64,000 nt of DNA, taken from positions 620,001 to 684,000 of the forward strand of contig CDROCS010000253.1 in the NCBI GenBank assembly GCA_977020255.1. The letters are read 5' to 3'. The notes beneath the pieces are model-generated. The model was not told where the DNA came from, ran no database searches, and saw only the letters and a program-made list of their open reading frames with translations. Below, piece after piece: positions 20,532 to 30,735 of the stretch. Made by a program: the position numbers and the translations under genes. Each line of letters begins with the position of its first letter. Positions within the stretch are counted from its first letter, which is position 1. This DNA is from Obrimoposthia wandeli. Its lineage: Eukaryota.

Positions 20532-21812
20532 ATGTCTAACATCCTTACCTCCCCCAAGTATAAAAAAGTATTACTGCCGATCATTATTATCCTTACCACG
20601 ATTGTCTTAATGATGATTATTTTCAAAAATCCACCAACAAGTAAGCGTGGTAAACCATCAAAAGCACCACAAATGACCGTGGAAGTCATTACATTAGCAC
20701 CACAAACCTATCAAGTGATGGTACAAAGTTTTGGTACTGTTAAACCAAGAACTCAAAGTGTACTTTTTGCACAGGTTTCAGGACAAATTAATCATGTCAG
20801 CAAACAGTTCAGAGCAGGTGGATTCTTTGAAGAAGGCGATATTTTAATTCAGCTTGATGATAGAGATCACCGCGCTGAAGTAAAAATTGCGCAAGCAAGC
20901 TTAATGTCAGCCAAGCAGGTTTTGCTGGAAGAAGATGCACGTGTTAAACAAGCAAAAGCTGATTGGAAAAGACTTGGCAATGGTAAAGTGCCTAATGCCT
21001 TAGTATTACGTCAACCACAATTTGCAGCCGCAAAAGCGCAAGTTCTTTCCGCTGAAGCCCAACTCGATAAAGTAAAATTATCACTAGAGCGGACCAATAT
21101 TGTCGCGCCTTACGCCGGCCGTATATTAAAGAAAAATGTTGATATTGGTCAGGTAATTTCAAGTAACACCCAATTAGCCGATATTTTTGCTGTTGATTAT
21201 GTCGAGATTCGCCTACCAATAAAAAACAAAGATTTACCGCTAATGAAGTTGCCAGAAGAATACCGCAATGCCGATGAAAAATCACAAACGAGTAATATTA
21301 AGAGTAACGATACCGATAACCACAGTTCATTAATCAGTAATGTCATTATTTCATCTGATCTGATGGGTGAACAAATATGGCAAGGAAAAATTATTCGTAC
21401 CGAAAGTGCTATCGATGAAATGTCGCAACAACTTTATGTAGTGGCGCAAATAATTCGCCCTTACGACGGTGAATATAACCAAGGTGCGCAAATTAAAATG
21501 GGCCAATATGTTACCGCTAAAATTACTGGCCGTGAAGTTGATAATGCCTTAGTTATACCTAGTAGTGCCATTTATCAAGGCAGCTATGTCTATATAGTTA
21601 AAGATGGCTTATTGATGCGTAAAGAGATTAAGTTAGGTTGGCAAAACGGTACTGAAGCGATTGTCATCCAAGGTTTGATAGCTGGTGACCAATTAGTATT
21701 AACCTCATTAGGCCAAGTCAGTTCAGGTACACCCGTTGCCATTGCAGACCAAACATCGACTCAGAGCATAAAAAAATCGAGCACAACGCCAGTTGCTAAG
21801 GTGAATAACTAA
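20532..21812 (+). CDS. RND efflux periplasmic adaptor (MFP)
   Basis: N-terminal TM anchor; QVSGQI, coiled-coil hairpin and APYAGRI motifs. Confidence 0.9.
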   Translation: MSNILTSPKYKKVLLPIIIILTTIVLMMIIFKNPPTSKRGKPSKAPQMTVEVITLAPQTYQVMVQSFGTVKPRTQSVLFAQVSGQINHVSKQFRAGGFFEEGDILIQLDDRDHRAEVKIAQASLMSAKQVLLEEDARVKQAKADWKRLGNGKVPNALVLRQPQFAAAKAQVLSAEAQLDKVKLSLERTNIVAPYAGRILKKNVDIGQVISSNTQLADIFAVDYVEIRLPIKNKDLPLMKLPEEYRNADEKSQTSNIKSNDTDNHSSLISNVIISSDLMGEQIWQGKIIRTESAIDEMSQQLYVVAQIIRPYDGEYNQGAQIKMGQYVTAKITGREVDNALVIPSSAIYQGSYVYIVKDGLLMRKEIKLGWQNGTEAIVIQGLIAGDQLVLTSLGQVSSGTPVAIADQTSTQSIKKSSTTPVAKVNN

Positions 21813-24800
21813 TGATTGCTTGGTTTGCACGAAATCATGTTGCCGCCAACCTGCTATTAATTACCATTTTAATAACAGGTTTATTTAGCCTATCTAACCG
21901 TATTCCGCTGGAAGTCTTTCCCTCTTTTGCCACCGACCGCATTAACGTTAATGTGTCCTTACGTGGCGCAACACCTGAAGATGTGGAGAAGAGTATTTCT
22001 ATTCGCATTGAAGAAGCAGTGCAAGACTTAGAAGGGGTCAAGCAAATTGCCAGTCGTTCACAAGAAGGCTCTGCTGCAGTCAATATTGAAGTTGAGTCTG
22101 GCTACGATCCACGTGAGATGCTCGCCGATATAAAAAGCCGTGTTGATGAAATAAACACCTTTCCTGCTGACGCGGAAAAACCGGTAGTCTCTTTAGCAAC
22201 ACGTAAGCGTGAAGTTATTGCCGTGACTATTGCCAGCATTTACAGCGAAAAAGAAACGCGTGAATTCGCAGAAAAAGTCCGAGATGATTTATTAAAAATA
22301 CCAGATATTACTCAAGTTGAGCTCAGTGGTGTTCGCGACTACGAAGTTTCTATAGAAGTACCACAAGATAAGTTACGCCAATATGATTTAACTATCGCCA
22401 AAATATCTTCCGCTATTTCAGACTCAAGTACTGACATTTCTGCTGGCAATTTAAAAACCAAAGGTGGCGACATTCTATTACGCTCGAAAGGCCAAGCTTA
22501 CCGTAAGGACGAGTTTGAAAGAATAGCGATAAAAACGAATGCTGATGGCTCTATCATTCGCCTAAGTGACATCGCGATTATTAAAGATGACTTTGAAGAG
22601 ACGCCAGTACGTACACGTTTTAATGGTAAACAAGCCGCTTTTATCGACGTTTATCGAATAGGTCAACAAAGTGCGATTGATGTTGCTGATGCGGTAAGAA
22701 CTTACATTGATAATCAGCAAAGCAGCTTACCTGTTGGTGTTGAATTAAGCTTTTGGGATGACGACTCACAAATTGTTAAAAACCGTATTTCCACACTAAC
22801 CACCAGTGCATTACAAGGTGGTATTTTAGTCTTAGCATTATTAAGCCTATTCCTTAGACCTTCTATTGCCTTTTGGGTGTTTATTGGCATTCCCATCTCT
22901 TTTATGGGCGCTTTTATCATGATGCCCGTGTTTGGTGTTACCTTAAATGTCATGAGCTTATTTGGCTTTATCTTAGTATTAGGTATCGTGGTAGATGATG
23001 CCATTGTCACTGGTGAGAATATTTATACCCATTTAAAAACATCTGAATCAGGCGAGATGGCCGCCATTCGAGGTACTGAAGAAGTTGCCACTCCAGTTAC
23101 TTTTGGGGTGTTAACAACCGTAGCAGCATTTCTACCACTAGCCTTTATTGAAGGTGCTCGTGGTGCTTTATTTGCGCAAATCCCCGTGGTCGTTATTCCG
23201 GTATTGATATTCTCTTTAATAGAATCAAAATTCGTTTTGCCGTCGCACTTAAAACACTTGAAACTACGCTCAGATAAATCAAAACAATCAAAATTTAGTC
23301 AACTGCAACAATCCTTTGCCGATGGCTTCGAGCGAGCGATCATCCGTTTTTATCAGCCTTTATTAAAACGTGCTATCAATAACAAGACCTCCACCTTAGT
23401 TGGTTTTGTTGGCGTTTTCTTGGTTATTCTTGCGCTTATTATGAGTGGTTGGACTAAGTTTATTTTCTTCCCGCGAATTCCGAGTGAAACCGTAAGAGCA
23501 ACACTAACCCTACCTGCCGGTACCCCTTTTGAAGTGACCAATAAATACATCATTAAAATGGCTGAAAAAGCAGATGAGCTGAAACAAAAGTATATTGAGC
23601 CAGCAACCAATAGCAGTGTCATTATCAATATATTAGCGACCACTGGTGGTCGAGGTGGTGCATCAAATTCGGGCAGTGTTCGTTTTGAAATAACACCGCC
23701 AGAATCACGTGAACTGGCAATAACCTCAAGTGAATTGGTGCGTGAATGGCGTAACTTAATTGGCCCTATCCCTGGTGCTGAAAGTATTACCTTCAGAGCA
23801 GAAATAGGCCGTTCATCAGACCCTATTCATGTGCAATTTAAAGCAAGCTCACTCGAAACGTTAAAAGAAATAACAGATAAAGTGAAAGTACGATTAGCGA
23901 CCTACCCGACGGTATTTGATATTGCTGATAGTCTATCTAATGGTAAAGAAGAACTGCAAATTGAGTTAACCGAACAAGGTAAAGCCTTAGGGTTAACCCG
24001 TGTCAGTATTTCAAATCAAGTGAGACGCTCTTTCTTTGGCTCACAAGTACAGCGTATCCAACGCGGTAGAGATGATGTGCGGGTAATGGTACGCCTACCC
24101 ATAGATGAACGCCGTACTATAGCTGATTTAGAGGATATTCTTGTTATCACACCTTCTGGTGGCTCAGTACCGTTATCTCATGTTGCTAAGCTTATTCCCG
24201 GAAAAAGTCCCTCTACTATTTCAAGAATTGATCGCTACCGCACAGCCAATGTCAGTGCGGATGTTGAAAAGTCAAATACCAACATGACGGTACTACAAAC
24301 TGATTTAAAAGAGTATTTAGATGAGTTAATGCTGCAATACCCTGGCGTTAATCACTCCCTTGAAGGGGAAGCAAAAGAACAACGTGAATCTTTTGGTTCA
24401 CTTGGTTGGGCGCTATTATTTATCTTTTTTATTATTTACGCGCTATTGGCCATCCCTTTTAAATCATATATACAACCGATTATCGTGATGAGCATTATCC
24501 CCTTTGGCATGATTGGAGCTGTTATTGGTCACTGGATCATGGGCATGGAATTAACCATTATGAGCTTATTAGGCATGTTGGCGCTAATTGGTGTGGTAGT
24601 AAATGACTCTCTAGTACTAGTCGATTTTATCAATAAAAAGATCAGTGAAGGCGGTGAGTTAATGGACGCCGTGTTAACCGCTGGTGCTGCTCGATTTAGA
24701 CCAGTAATGCTAACCAGTTTGACCACATTTATTGGTTTAATGCCTTTATTATTTGAGCAATCGACCCAAGCACAGTTTTTAATTCCTATGGCGGTATCAT

Positions 24801-24931
24801 TAGGTTTTGGTATTTTATTCGCCACCTTTATAACCTTAATATTAGTGCCGGTAAATTATTTGATTGTTGAGCGTTTAAAAGAGTTATTTTCATCACAATC
24901 ACCTAGTGAACCGCAAAATGTAGCAGCATAA
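21812..24931 (+). CDS. RND efflux permease (AcrB/AcrD/AcrF superfamily)
   Basis: 1039 aa; GIVVDDAIV and RFRPVMLTSLTT proton-relay motifs. Confidence 0.93.
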   Translation: MIAWFARNHVAANLLLITILITGLFSLSNRIPLEVFPSFATDRINVNVSLRGATPEDVEKSISIRIEEAVQDLEGVKQIASRSQEGSAAVNIEVESGYDPREMLADIKSRVDEINTFPADAEKPVVSLATRKREVIAVTIASIYSEKETREFAEKVRDDLLKIPDITQVELSGVRDYEVSIEVPQDKLRQYDLTIAKISSAISDSSTDISAGNLKTKGGDILLRSKGQAYRKDEFERIAIKTNADGSIIRLSDIAIIKDDFEETPVRTRFNGKQAAFIDVYRIGQQSAIDVADAVRTYIDNQQSSLPVGVELSFWDDDSQIVKNRISTLTTSALQGGILVLALLSLFLRPSIAFWVFIGIPISFMGAFIMMPVFGVTLNVMSLFGFILVLGIVVDDAIVTGENIYTHLKTSESGEMAAIRGTEEVATPVTFGVLTTVAAFLPLAFIEGARGALFAQIPVVVIPVLIFSLIESKFVLPSHLKHLKLRSDKSKQSKFSQLQQSFADGFERAIIRFYQPLLKRAINNKTSTLVGFVGVFLVILALIMSGWTKFIFFPRIPSETVRATLTLPAGTPFEVTNKYIIKMAEKADELKQKYIEPATNSSVIINILATTGGRGGASNSGSVRFEITPPESRELAITSSELVREWRNLIGPIPGAESITFRAEIGRSSDPIHVQFKASSLETLKEITDKVKVRLATYPTVFDIADSLSNGKEELQIELTEQGKALGLTRVSISNQVRRSFFGSQVQRIQRGRDDVRVMVRLPIDERRTIADLEDILVITPSGGSVPLSHVAKLIPGKSPSTISRIDRYRTANVSADVEKSNTNMTVLQTDLKEYLDELMLQYPGVNHSLEGEAKEQRESFGSLGWALLFIFFIIYALLAIPFKSYIQPIIVMSIIPFGMIGAVIGHWIMGMELTIMSLLGMLALIGVVVNDSLVLVDFINKKISEGGELMDAVLTAGAARFRPVMLTSLTTFIGLMPLLFEQSTQAQFLIPMAVSLGFGILFATFITLILVPVNYLIVERLKELFSSQSPSEPQNVAA

Positions 24932-25063
24932 ACCTAATTAACTCCCTGCTCTTCACTTGTTGTTGAGCTGGGCTAAATGGGAAGTTTACTTGATATAAGA
25001 AGTGATCTAGCTATATCTAGCCAATGAATTTAAAGAGAAGATGTTTAGCATTGCTATGATTTT

Positions 25064-26446
25064 CTAAATAACCTCTTTACTTATTTTTGGTATTGATAAA
25101 TAGCATCGAATAGTAAGTCCTTCACCTAACACAGACTCTGCAGTTATTCGCCCATTCATTTGTTCCACACTACTTTTCATAATCGCCATACCTAAACCAT
25201 AACCTTCTATTCCTGCGGTAACATCATTACTTGCCCGATAGAAAGGCTCAAATATTCTCAAAAGATCATCCTCTGCTAAACCAGGACCATTATCACTAAT
25301 TTCTATTATTACATAAGGTGATTCTTGCGTAATATTTATGATTATTTTGCACTGCTCACCTGCATATTTCAGTGAATTATTAATCGCATTACGTAAGACT
25401 CTAGCGAGTAAATCAGATTCAATTAAGGCTTCCGCATCTGATTTTGGCGCTACAAATATAATTTCCTGTACTGATTTAGCCTGCATAACTGATTCATTAA
25501 TAACTTTTCTTACCACAGGAATAAGCTTAGTTTGATAAAGTTTAACTGGATAACTTCGGCTCTCTAAACGGCTAAAATCTAAAATTTGCTGAATTAAATT
25601 GTTCATCTCTTTAGCATCATCTTCGATTTGAAGAAAATATTTTACTTGCTCTGGCTGCAATCTATTCCTTAAAAGATGAATAGCGAGATTCTGCCTTGTT
25701 AATGGTGTTCTTAATTCATGGGATATATTTCGTAATAACTTTTTATGACTCAGCACTAATTTTTCTATTTGGCCTGCCATATGATCAAAATCGTCTGCTA
25801 AATCATTAAATTCTTTTATATTACTATTAAGTTTTTTTGGCAATCTAACTGATAGATTACCAGAAGCTAACTGGTTACTAAGACTTTGTAAGTGCTTAAG
25901 CGGGCGCTGAAGATGCCTTGAAAAGACCCAAGAAATAAGTGCAAGAAAAATACTTGCTACAGATAAACGTACTGTCCATAAATAATATTTTGCCCGATCT
26001 GCAGGGTGAAGCTGCCAAGGAAGTTGAAGCATAAGATGTAAACCTGAAGACAAATACATGGTTATCATTGGCTTACTAACTTTGTTATTCATTGGTTTAT
26101 TCAGTTCATGACTAAATGACATTTTCAATTTTACGTGAGGATGTATCTCTCTATTCGTAACACTTTGATTTTTAGCATCAACCACATAAAGTGTATATTT
26201 TTGGGCATTTTCCCACTTTTCTAAACCTGACTTATCATTTATTGACACATAACTTTCAGCTTCATCCGCTAACTTTTTAAACTCCATTTGTAGTTCGTCA
26301 GGCAAGGTTAATAAATCATCTAACAACATTGATTCAATCGTTGTTGATAAGGTAAATAAAATTAAAAATATACAACTCAAATATAAAAATAGCCGTTGTG
26401 CTATGCCTAAGTTTGAAAAAAAATTCATTCTTTTTATAAAAGACAT
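25064..26446 (-). CDS. Sensor histidine kinase, PfeS/PirS-like
   Basis: Two TM helices, HAMP domain, ISHELRTPL, NSLKY, DNGPGL and GYGLGM; periplasmic ...PM...LMLQLP..P pattern recalls PfeS. Confidence 0.88.
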   Translation of the reverse strand: MSFIKRMNFFSNLGIAQRLFLYLSCIFLILFTLSTTIESMLLDDLLTLPDELQMEFKKLADEAESYVSINDKSGLEKWENAQKYTLYVVDAKNQSVTNREIHPHVKLKMSFSHELNKPMNNKVSKPMITMYLSSGLHLMLQLPWQLHPADRAKYYLWTVRLSVASIFLALISWVFSRHLQRPLKHLQSLSNQLASGNLSVRLPKKLNSNIKEFNDLADDFDHMAGQIEKLVLSHKKLLRNISHELRTPLTRQNLAIHLLRNRLQPEQVKYFLQIEDDAKEMNNLIQQILDFSRLESRSYPVKLYQTKLIPVVRKVINESVMQAKSVQEIIFVAPKSDAEALIESDLLARVLRNAINNSLKYAGEQCKIIINITQESPYVIIEISDNGPGLAEDDLLRIFEPFYRASNDVTAGIEGYGLGMAIMKSSVEQMNGRITAESVLGEGLTIRCYLSIPKISKEVI

Positions 26447-27106
26447 TTATTGAGTAGACTCAAAACTGTAACCTATATTTCGCACAGTTAAGATGATATT
26501 TTTAGAGAAACCAGCTTGGGCTAATTTTCGACGGATATTACTAATATGCATATCTAAATTACGATCAAATTCACAAAAATCACGACGTAATACATTAATT
26601 TGTAATTCCTCTTTAGATACCGGTTTTTCTTTACGTAGCATTAGATAGTTAACCAATTCACTTTCTGTATTTGTAAATGGTAGCGAACAGATAGCCTGCT
26701 CAAATTCATTTTCTGGAGTGATATGTTTGTACCGTGTCCGTTCTAATGATACTCGCCTTAACATAGATTTTAAGCGCATTAATAATTCTGGAACACTGAA
26801 GGGTTTAGGTAAATATTGATCAGCACCCGCTGCAAAGCTTTCTATTTTTGAAGATTCATCATCCAATGCTGTTAACATTAAAATAGGTGTGGAAAAGCGT
26901 TTACACACTTGTCGCGCTGTTTGTATACCATTAAGTTTTGGCATCATCACATCAAGTAAAAGTATATCAATACTGACATCACTTAAAATTTCTAGCGCTC
27001 TTTCACCATCATTGGCAATATAAACTTGATAAGACTCTTCTTTTAGTACGGTTTCTAACAGTTCACATATGCGCAGATCATCATCGACAACAAGTATTGA
27101 AGGCAT
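26447..27106 (-). CDS. OmpR-family response regulator, PfeR/PirR/CpxR-like
   Basis: LVVDDD, LLDVMMP, YLPKPF and DRNLDMHISNIRRKL motifs. Confidence 0.92.
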   Translation of the reverse strand: MPSILVVDDDLRICELLETVLKEESYQVYIANDGERALEILSDVSIDILLLDVMMPKLNGIQTARQVCKRFSTPILMLTALDDESSKIESFAAGADQYLPKPFSVPELLMRLKSMLRRVSLERTRYKHITPENEFEQAICSLPFTNTESELVNYLMLRKEKPVSKEELQINVLRRDFCEFDRNLDMHISNIRRKLAQAGFSKNIILTVRNIGYSFESTQ

Positions 27107-27123
27107 AACTAATCTAAATAAAA

Positions 27124-27140
27124 ATAATTACTATTATCAC
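27124..27140 (-). promoter_or_regulatory. Possible second Fur-like box near response-regulator start
   Basis: Reverse complement GTGATAATAGTAATTAT shares TGATAATAGT with the box at 27257. Confidence 0.4.
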
Positions 27141-27256
27141 TTTTATCAAAGTGTAATTGCAAGTAAATTTAAGCTTGTTATTCGTTCGAGCAGTTTCATC
27201 ACCTCTTAGTTGTTAATCCTTTTATTACGATTGTAAATTTTGTAAATTAAATACAC

Positions 27257-27273
27257 ATGATAATAGTTATCAT
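27257..27273. promoter_or_regulatory. Fur box upstream of TonB-dependent receptor
   Basis: ATGATAATAGTTATCAT = 7-1-7 TGATAAT-N-ATTATCA with one mismatch, about 50 bp before the ATG. Confidence 0.75.
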
Positions 27274-27320
27274 TTAGAATCCGCGCAATTTCAAAACCAT
27301 AGTCTACGAGGACGTTAAAA

Positions 27321-29363
27321 ATGAAAATGCGTTATTTATCATTAGTTATCGCCGCATCATTGAGCAATCAATTATTAGCGAAAGATATTCAAGAATTAGA
27401 AACAACAGAAGTTACTGCCCAAGAAAAGAGCCAGTATAACGTTTCATCTGAAGAAATGATTTATGAGCAAGTAAATGATATCAAGGGTATTTTCAAAAAA
27501 ATTGCTGCTGTTGATGTGAGTAATAGCGTACGTTACAGCCAAAAAACCTATATTCGTGGTGTTGAAGAACATTCTGCTAATGTCACTATAGATGGTGCTC
27601 GTCAAGATGGGCAAATGTTCCATCATGGGGGGAACCAAATGGTTGACCCTACGATGTTAAAGAGCGTTTCTGTTGAGTTAGGCGCTTCATCAGTACTCAG
27701 TGGTTATGGAGCTAATGTTGGTGCAATTAAATATGAGACTAAAGACCCACAAGATTTGTTAGCACCAGAGCAAAAGTTTGGTTTTAGAACCTCAGCGGCG
27801 ATGGATACTGCAACAGAATTCAGACAAGTTAATTTGAGTGGTTACGGCATGTTAACTAACCAATTGAGCGCATTAGCAACGTTAAACTGGAATGAGTCAG
27901 GTGACATTGAAACTCCGGGTAAAGACCCTATTGTCAATAAACACAGTGAATTAAAAAGTAGTTTAATAAAGTTAGTTTATAACTTTAGTGATGTTGAACA
28001 ACTAGATTTTTCCGCGCAACGTTATGAAGATAGTGGTCATAGAGCATTTTCAGGTGAAAAACCAGGAGCAACCACAATAGAGGAAGCACTTGGTTTTAAT
28101 GGTTATGAACGAGATAGCTACACCCTTAATTATCAGAACAACAGTAATAATCCACTGTTAAATCTATCAGTTGATGCTTATTTTAATGAAAAACGAATGG
28201 TGCGAAGCGCTGTTAATGGCGATAACTCGTATCGTGACAGCGACGGTGAATGGCAAACTGATGGTACTGAATATATTCCGGCACGTGAATATTCCTACAC
28301 AACAATAGGTTTGAATGTTCGTAATACCTTTATCATTAACGATATTGCCTGGACCGCAGGCATTGAGAGCTTTAAATCAGAGCAAGCAATTGATGCGTCT
28401 GGTTTAAAAAAAGTGACTTTAGCTGATGGCACGGAAACACCTTCCCAAGTAACGGTTAATAATGGTCCAAAATCCTCTTTAATTGGTGCTTATGTACAAG
28501 GTGAATTCGAACTTGGCAACTTTACTATTGTTCCTGGTGTTCGTTATGACTCTTACACATTAAGTGGTGCTTATGATAGTTCGTTTAATCAATTTTCACC
28601 TAAATTGATGGTGAATTGGCAAGCAAATGATGATCTTCTATTTAAAGCGGGATACGGTCGTATATTTAAGGGGCCTGGCTTACCTGAAACTCTTATGATT
28701 AGAGAGGGCATGACTCAATCTACTGAAGCAAAAGCTGAAACAGGTAATCATTTTGAATTCAATATTATTCAAGATTTACAAAGTGTACTTAATGTTGATA
28801 GTGCAAGTACCTACATCAACTTATATCAATACACTATTGATAACTCTTATCATCCTACCAAAAATACTAGCTTAAATAGAAGCCGATATGATTTAACAAT
28901 GACAGGGGTTGAAGCGGGTTTCAATATTAGTCATCAAGACTTAACTGCCTACGTTAGTTATAGCTATAACACCGGTGAAAATGCTTACCCAGAGTATACC
29001 ACTGACAATTACTATTCAGGTACGCAGGTCATTAAAGTTGGTGCTGATTATAGAGTATCTGATTCAGTATTAATTGGCTGGAATAGTAATTTTTCTAATA
29101 GTGCTAGCTTAGACGATAGCTATATGGACGGTGGTAGTCTAACGACTGAAAAAGTGAAGAAAGTAGGTTTTGGCGTCAGTGATTTTTGGTTAGATTATCA
29201 AGTGGTACAGGTTGAAGGTTTATCATTGAATTTAGCCGTTGAAAATATCTTTGATAAAGCATACCAAAACCATAATAGCTTTGGCATGTACTGGGGAAAT
29301 GCAAAGTATAACAACAATGAAGTCGGTCGTAACTTCAAACTAGCAGCTAACTACCAATTTTAA
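27321..29363 (+). CDS. TonB-dependent outer-membrane receptor, FetA(FrpB)/VctA-like
   Basis: Plug motif YIRGVEEHSANVTIDGARQDGQMFHHGGNQMVDP resembles FetA/VctA; ENIFDKAY and C-terminal GRNFKLAANYQF. Confidence 0.88.
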   Translation: MKMRYLSLVIAASLSNQLLAKDIQELETTEVTAQEKSQYNVSSEEMIYEQVNDIKGIFKKIAAVDVSNSVRYSQKTYIRGVEEHSANVTIDGARQDGQMFHHGGNQMVDPTMLKSVSVELGASSVLSGYGANVGAIKYETKDPQDLLAPEQKFGFRTSAAMDTATEFRQVNLSGYGMLTNQLSALATLNWNESGDIETPGKDPIVNKHSELKSSLIKLVYNFSDVEQLDFSAQRYEDSGHRAFSGEKPGATTIEEALGFNGYERDSYTLNYQNNSNNPLLNLSVDAYFNEKRMVRSAVNGDNSYRDSDGEWQTDGTEYIPAREYSYTTIGLNVRNTFIINDIAWTAGIESFKSEQAIDASGLKKVTLADGTETPSQVTVNNGPKSSLIGAYVQGEFELGNFTIVPGVRYDSYTLSGAYDSSFNQFSPKLMVNWQANDDLLFKAGYGRIFKGPGLPETLMIREGMTQSTEAKAETGNHFEFNIIQDLQSVLNVDSASTYINLYQYTIDNSYHPTKNTSLNRSRYDLTMTGVEAGFNISHQDLTAYVSYSYNTGENAYPEYTTDNYYSGTQVIKVGADYRVSDSVLIGWNSNFSNSASLDDSYMDGGSLTTEKVKKVGFGVSDFWLDYQVVQVEGLSLNLAVENIFDKAYQNHNSFGMYWGNAKYNNNEVGRNFKLAANYQF

Positions 29364-29389
29364 TTAAGTTATTTTTTTAATAGATTAAC

Positions 29390-29421
29390 GTAGGTGATGA
29401 TATTAATCATCGCCTACTTTT
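29390..29421 (+). terminator. Intrinsic terminator-like hairpin after the receptor gene
   Basis: GTAGGTGATGAT-atta-ATCATCGCCTAC followed by TTTT. Confidence 0.65.
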
Positions 29422-29435
29422 CTGATGGTAAAACG

Positions 29436-29621
29436 ATGAATAAACGCTCTCGAATGTTTCTACACTTTAATATAATAGCCGCAATGGTATTGTGTTCAAT
29501 AAGTATCATTGCACAAAGTAATCTTAACCAATTGACTAAGCAATGGTTTGATCTTGATAAACCTGCCAATCAAAGTTGGTTACAAGAAAAGCAGCAACTA
29601 GTACTTGAATATAACGAGTAA
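29436..29621 (+). pseudogene. 61-aa ORF, probably the truncated 5' end of a DUF3450-type (TonB2/TtpC-associated) gene
   Basis: Signal-peptide-like start, then LNQLTKQWFDLDK...SWLQEKQQL, which recalls the N-terminus of DUF3450 proteins, then an abrupt stop. Confidence 0.4.
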
Positions 29622-29628
29622 AAGTTAA

Positions 29629-30204
29629 ATGCGTATCAATAAATCACTGTTAGCTTTTTCACGTTTTATCCACGTCTACGTTTCTATGGCTTTACTCACC
29701 CTAATGATATTTTTCTCCATTACCGGCGTTACGCTTAATCATCCTGAGTGGTTTGCTGATAATCAAGCCGGTGTAACTGAAGCTGACTTTATTATGCCCA
29801 CTGAATTACTTGCACCAAAAAATGAAGGCAATCTACTAAATTTTCTTATACAAGAAAATTACCTCAATGGTAATCGTCTCAATATTGAACGTGAAGATGG
29901 TGAACTTTTTATCACGGATAAGGGTCCTGGTGCCTATTTGAGTCTAACGATAGACCTGAACTCGGGCGATACCTATAAAGAAGCCACCGATTATGGTTAT
30001 TGGGCGTTACTCAATGACTTACACAAAGGAAGAAATAGTGGTCTATTTTGGCGTTTCATCATCGATTTGAGTGCAGTGCTCATGATCGTTTTTAGCCTTA
30101 CTGGTTTTATTTTAGCGCTCGCACAGCGTCGTATAAATCGCACAATTTCGGTTAGCATTATTAGTTCTTTATTAGTGATGAGTATTTATTTTATTTGGGT
30201 TTAA
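29629..30204 (+). CDS. PepSY-associated TM helix protein (PepSY_TM-like)
   Basis: RFIHVYVSM, FFSITGVTLNHPEWF and LNDLHKGRNSG (conserved His) motifs. Confidence 0.85.
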   Translation: MRINKSLLAFSRFIHVYVSMALLTLMIFFSITGVTLNHPEWFADNQAGVTEADFIMPTELLAPKNEGNLLNFLIQENYLNGNRLNIEREDGELFITDKGPGAYLSLTIDLNSGDTYKEATDYGYWALLNDLHKGRNSGLFWRFIIDLSAVLMIVFSLTGFILALAQRRINRTISVSIISSLLVMSIYFIWV

Positions 30205-30237
30205 TAACTTATTTTTAGCTTTAATTTGGAAGGCATT

Positions 30238-30735
30238 ATGAAAAAACAATTATTTTTTATCTTATTTATCTGGTTCGGTAATATAGCAGTAGTATCGGCG
30301 ACAGAATTGCAATTATCTTTAAATTTACCTCCACAATCAGGTGAGTATCACAATCCTTATGTGGCTGCGTGGATTGAAGATAGCGCAGGAAAAAGCGTGA
30401 GAACGTTAGTGTTATGGCGAGAAGGAAGCAAATGGCTGAAAGATATTCGCCGCTGGTGGCGCAAAGTCGGTCGTAAAGACGAAAATTTGGTTGATGCTGT
30501 TACGTCAGCCACTCGCGCTGCGGGTAATTACCAATTAAGTTTTCAAGCATTAGATGATGAGAAACATAATTTAGCGATAGGGGCGTACGTCTTAAATATT
30601 GAAGTAGTACGTGAAAATGGAGGTCGAGCCATGATAAAACAAAAATTTACATTAAATGGTGTTAATCAAACTTTTAAACTGGCATCGAACTCAGAAATTG
30701 CAAAATCAACTTTTACTATTAAGGAATCAGCATGA
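30238..30735 (+). CDS. DUF2271-family periplasmic protein
   Basis: YHNPYVAAWIED, KWLKDIRRWWR, DAVTSATR and EVVRENGG motifs. Confidence 0.85.
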   Translation: MKKQLFFILFIWFGNIAVVSATELQLSLNLPPQSGEYHNPYVAAWIEDSAGKSVRTLVLWREGSKWLKDIRRWWRKVGRKDENLVDAVTSATRAAGNYQLSFQALDDEKHNLAIGAYVLNIEVVRENGGRAMIKQKFTLNGVNQTFKLASNSEIAKSTFTIKESA

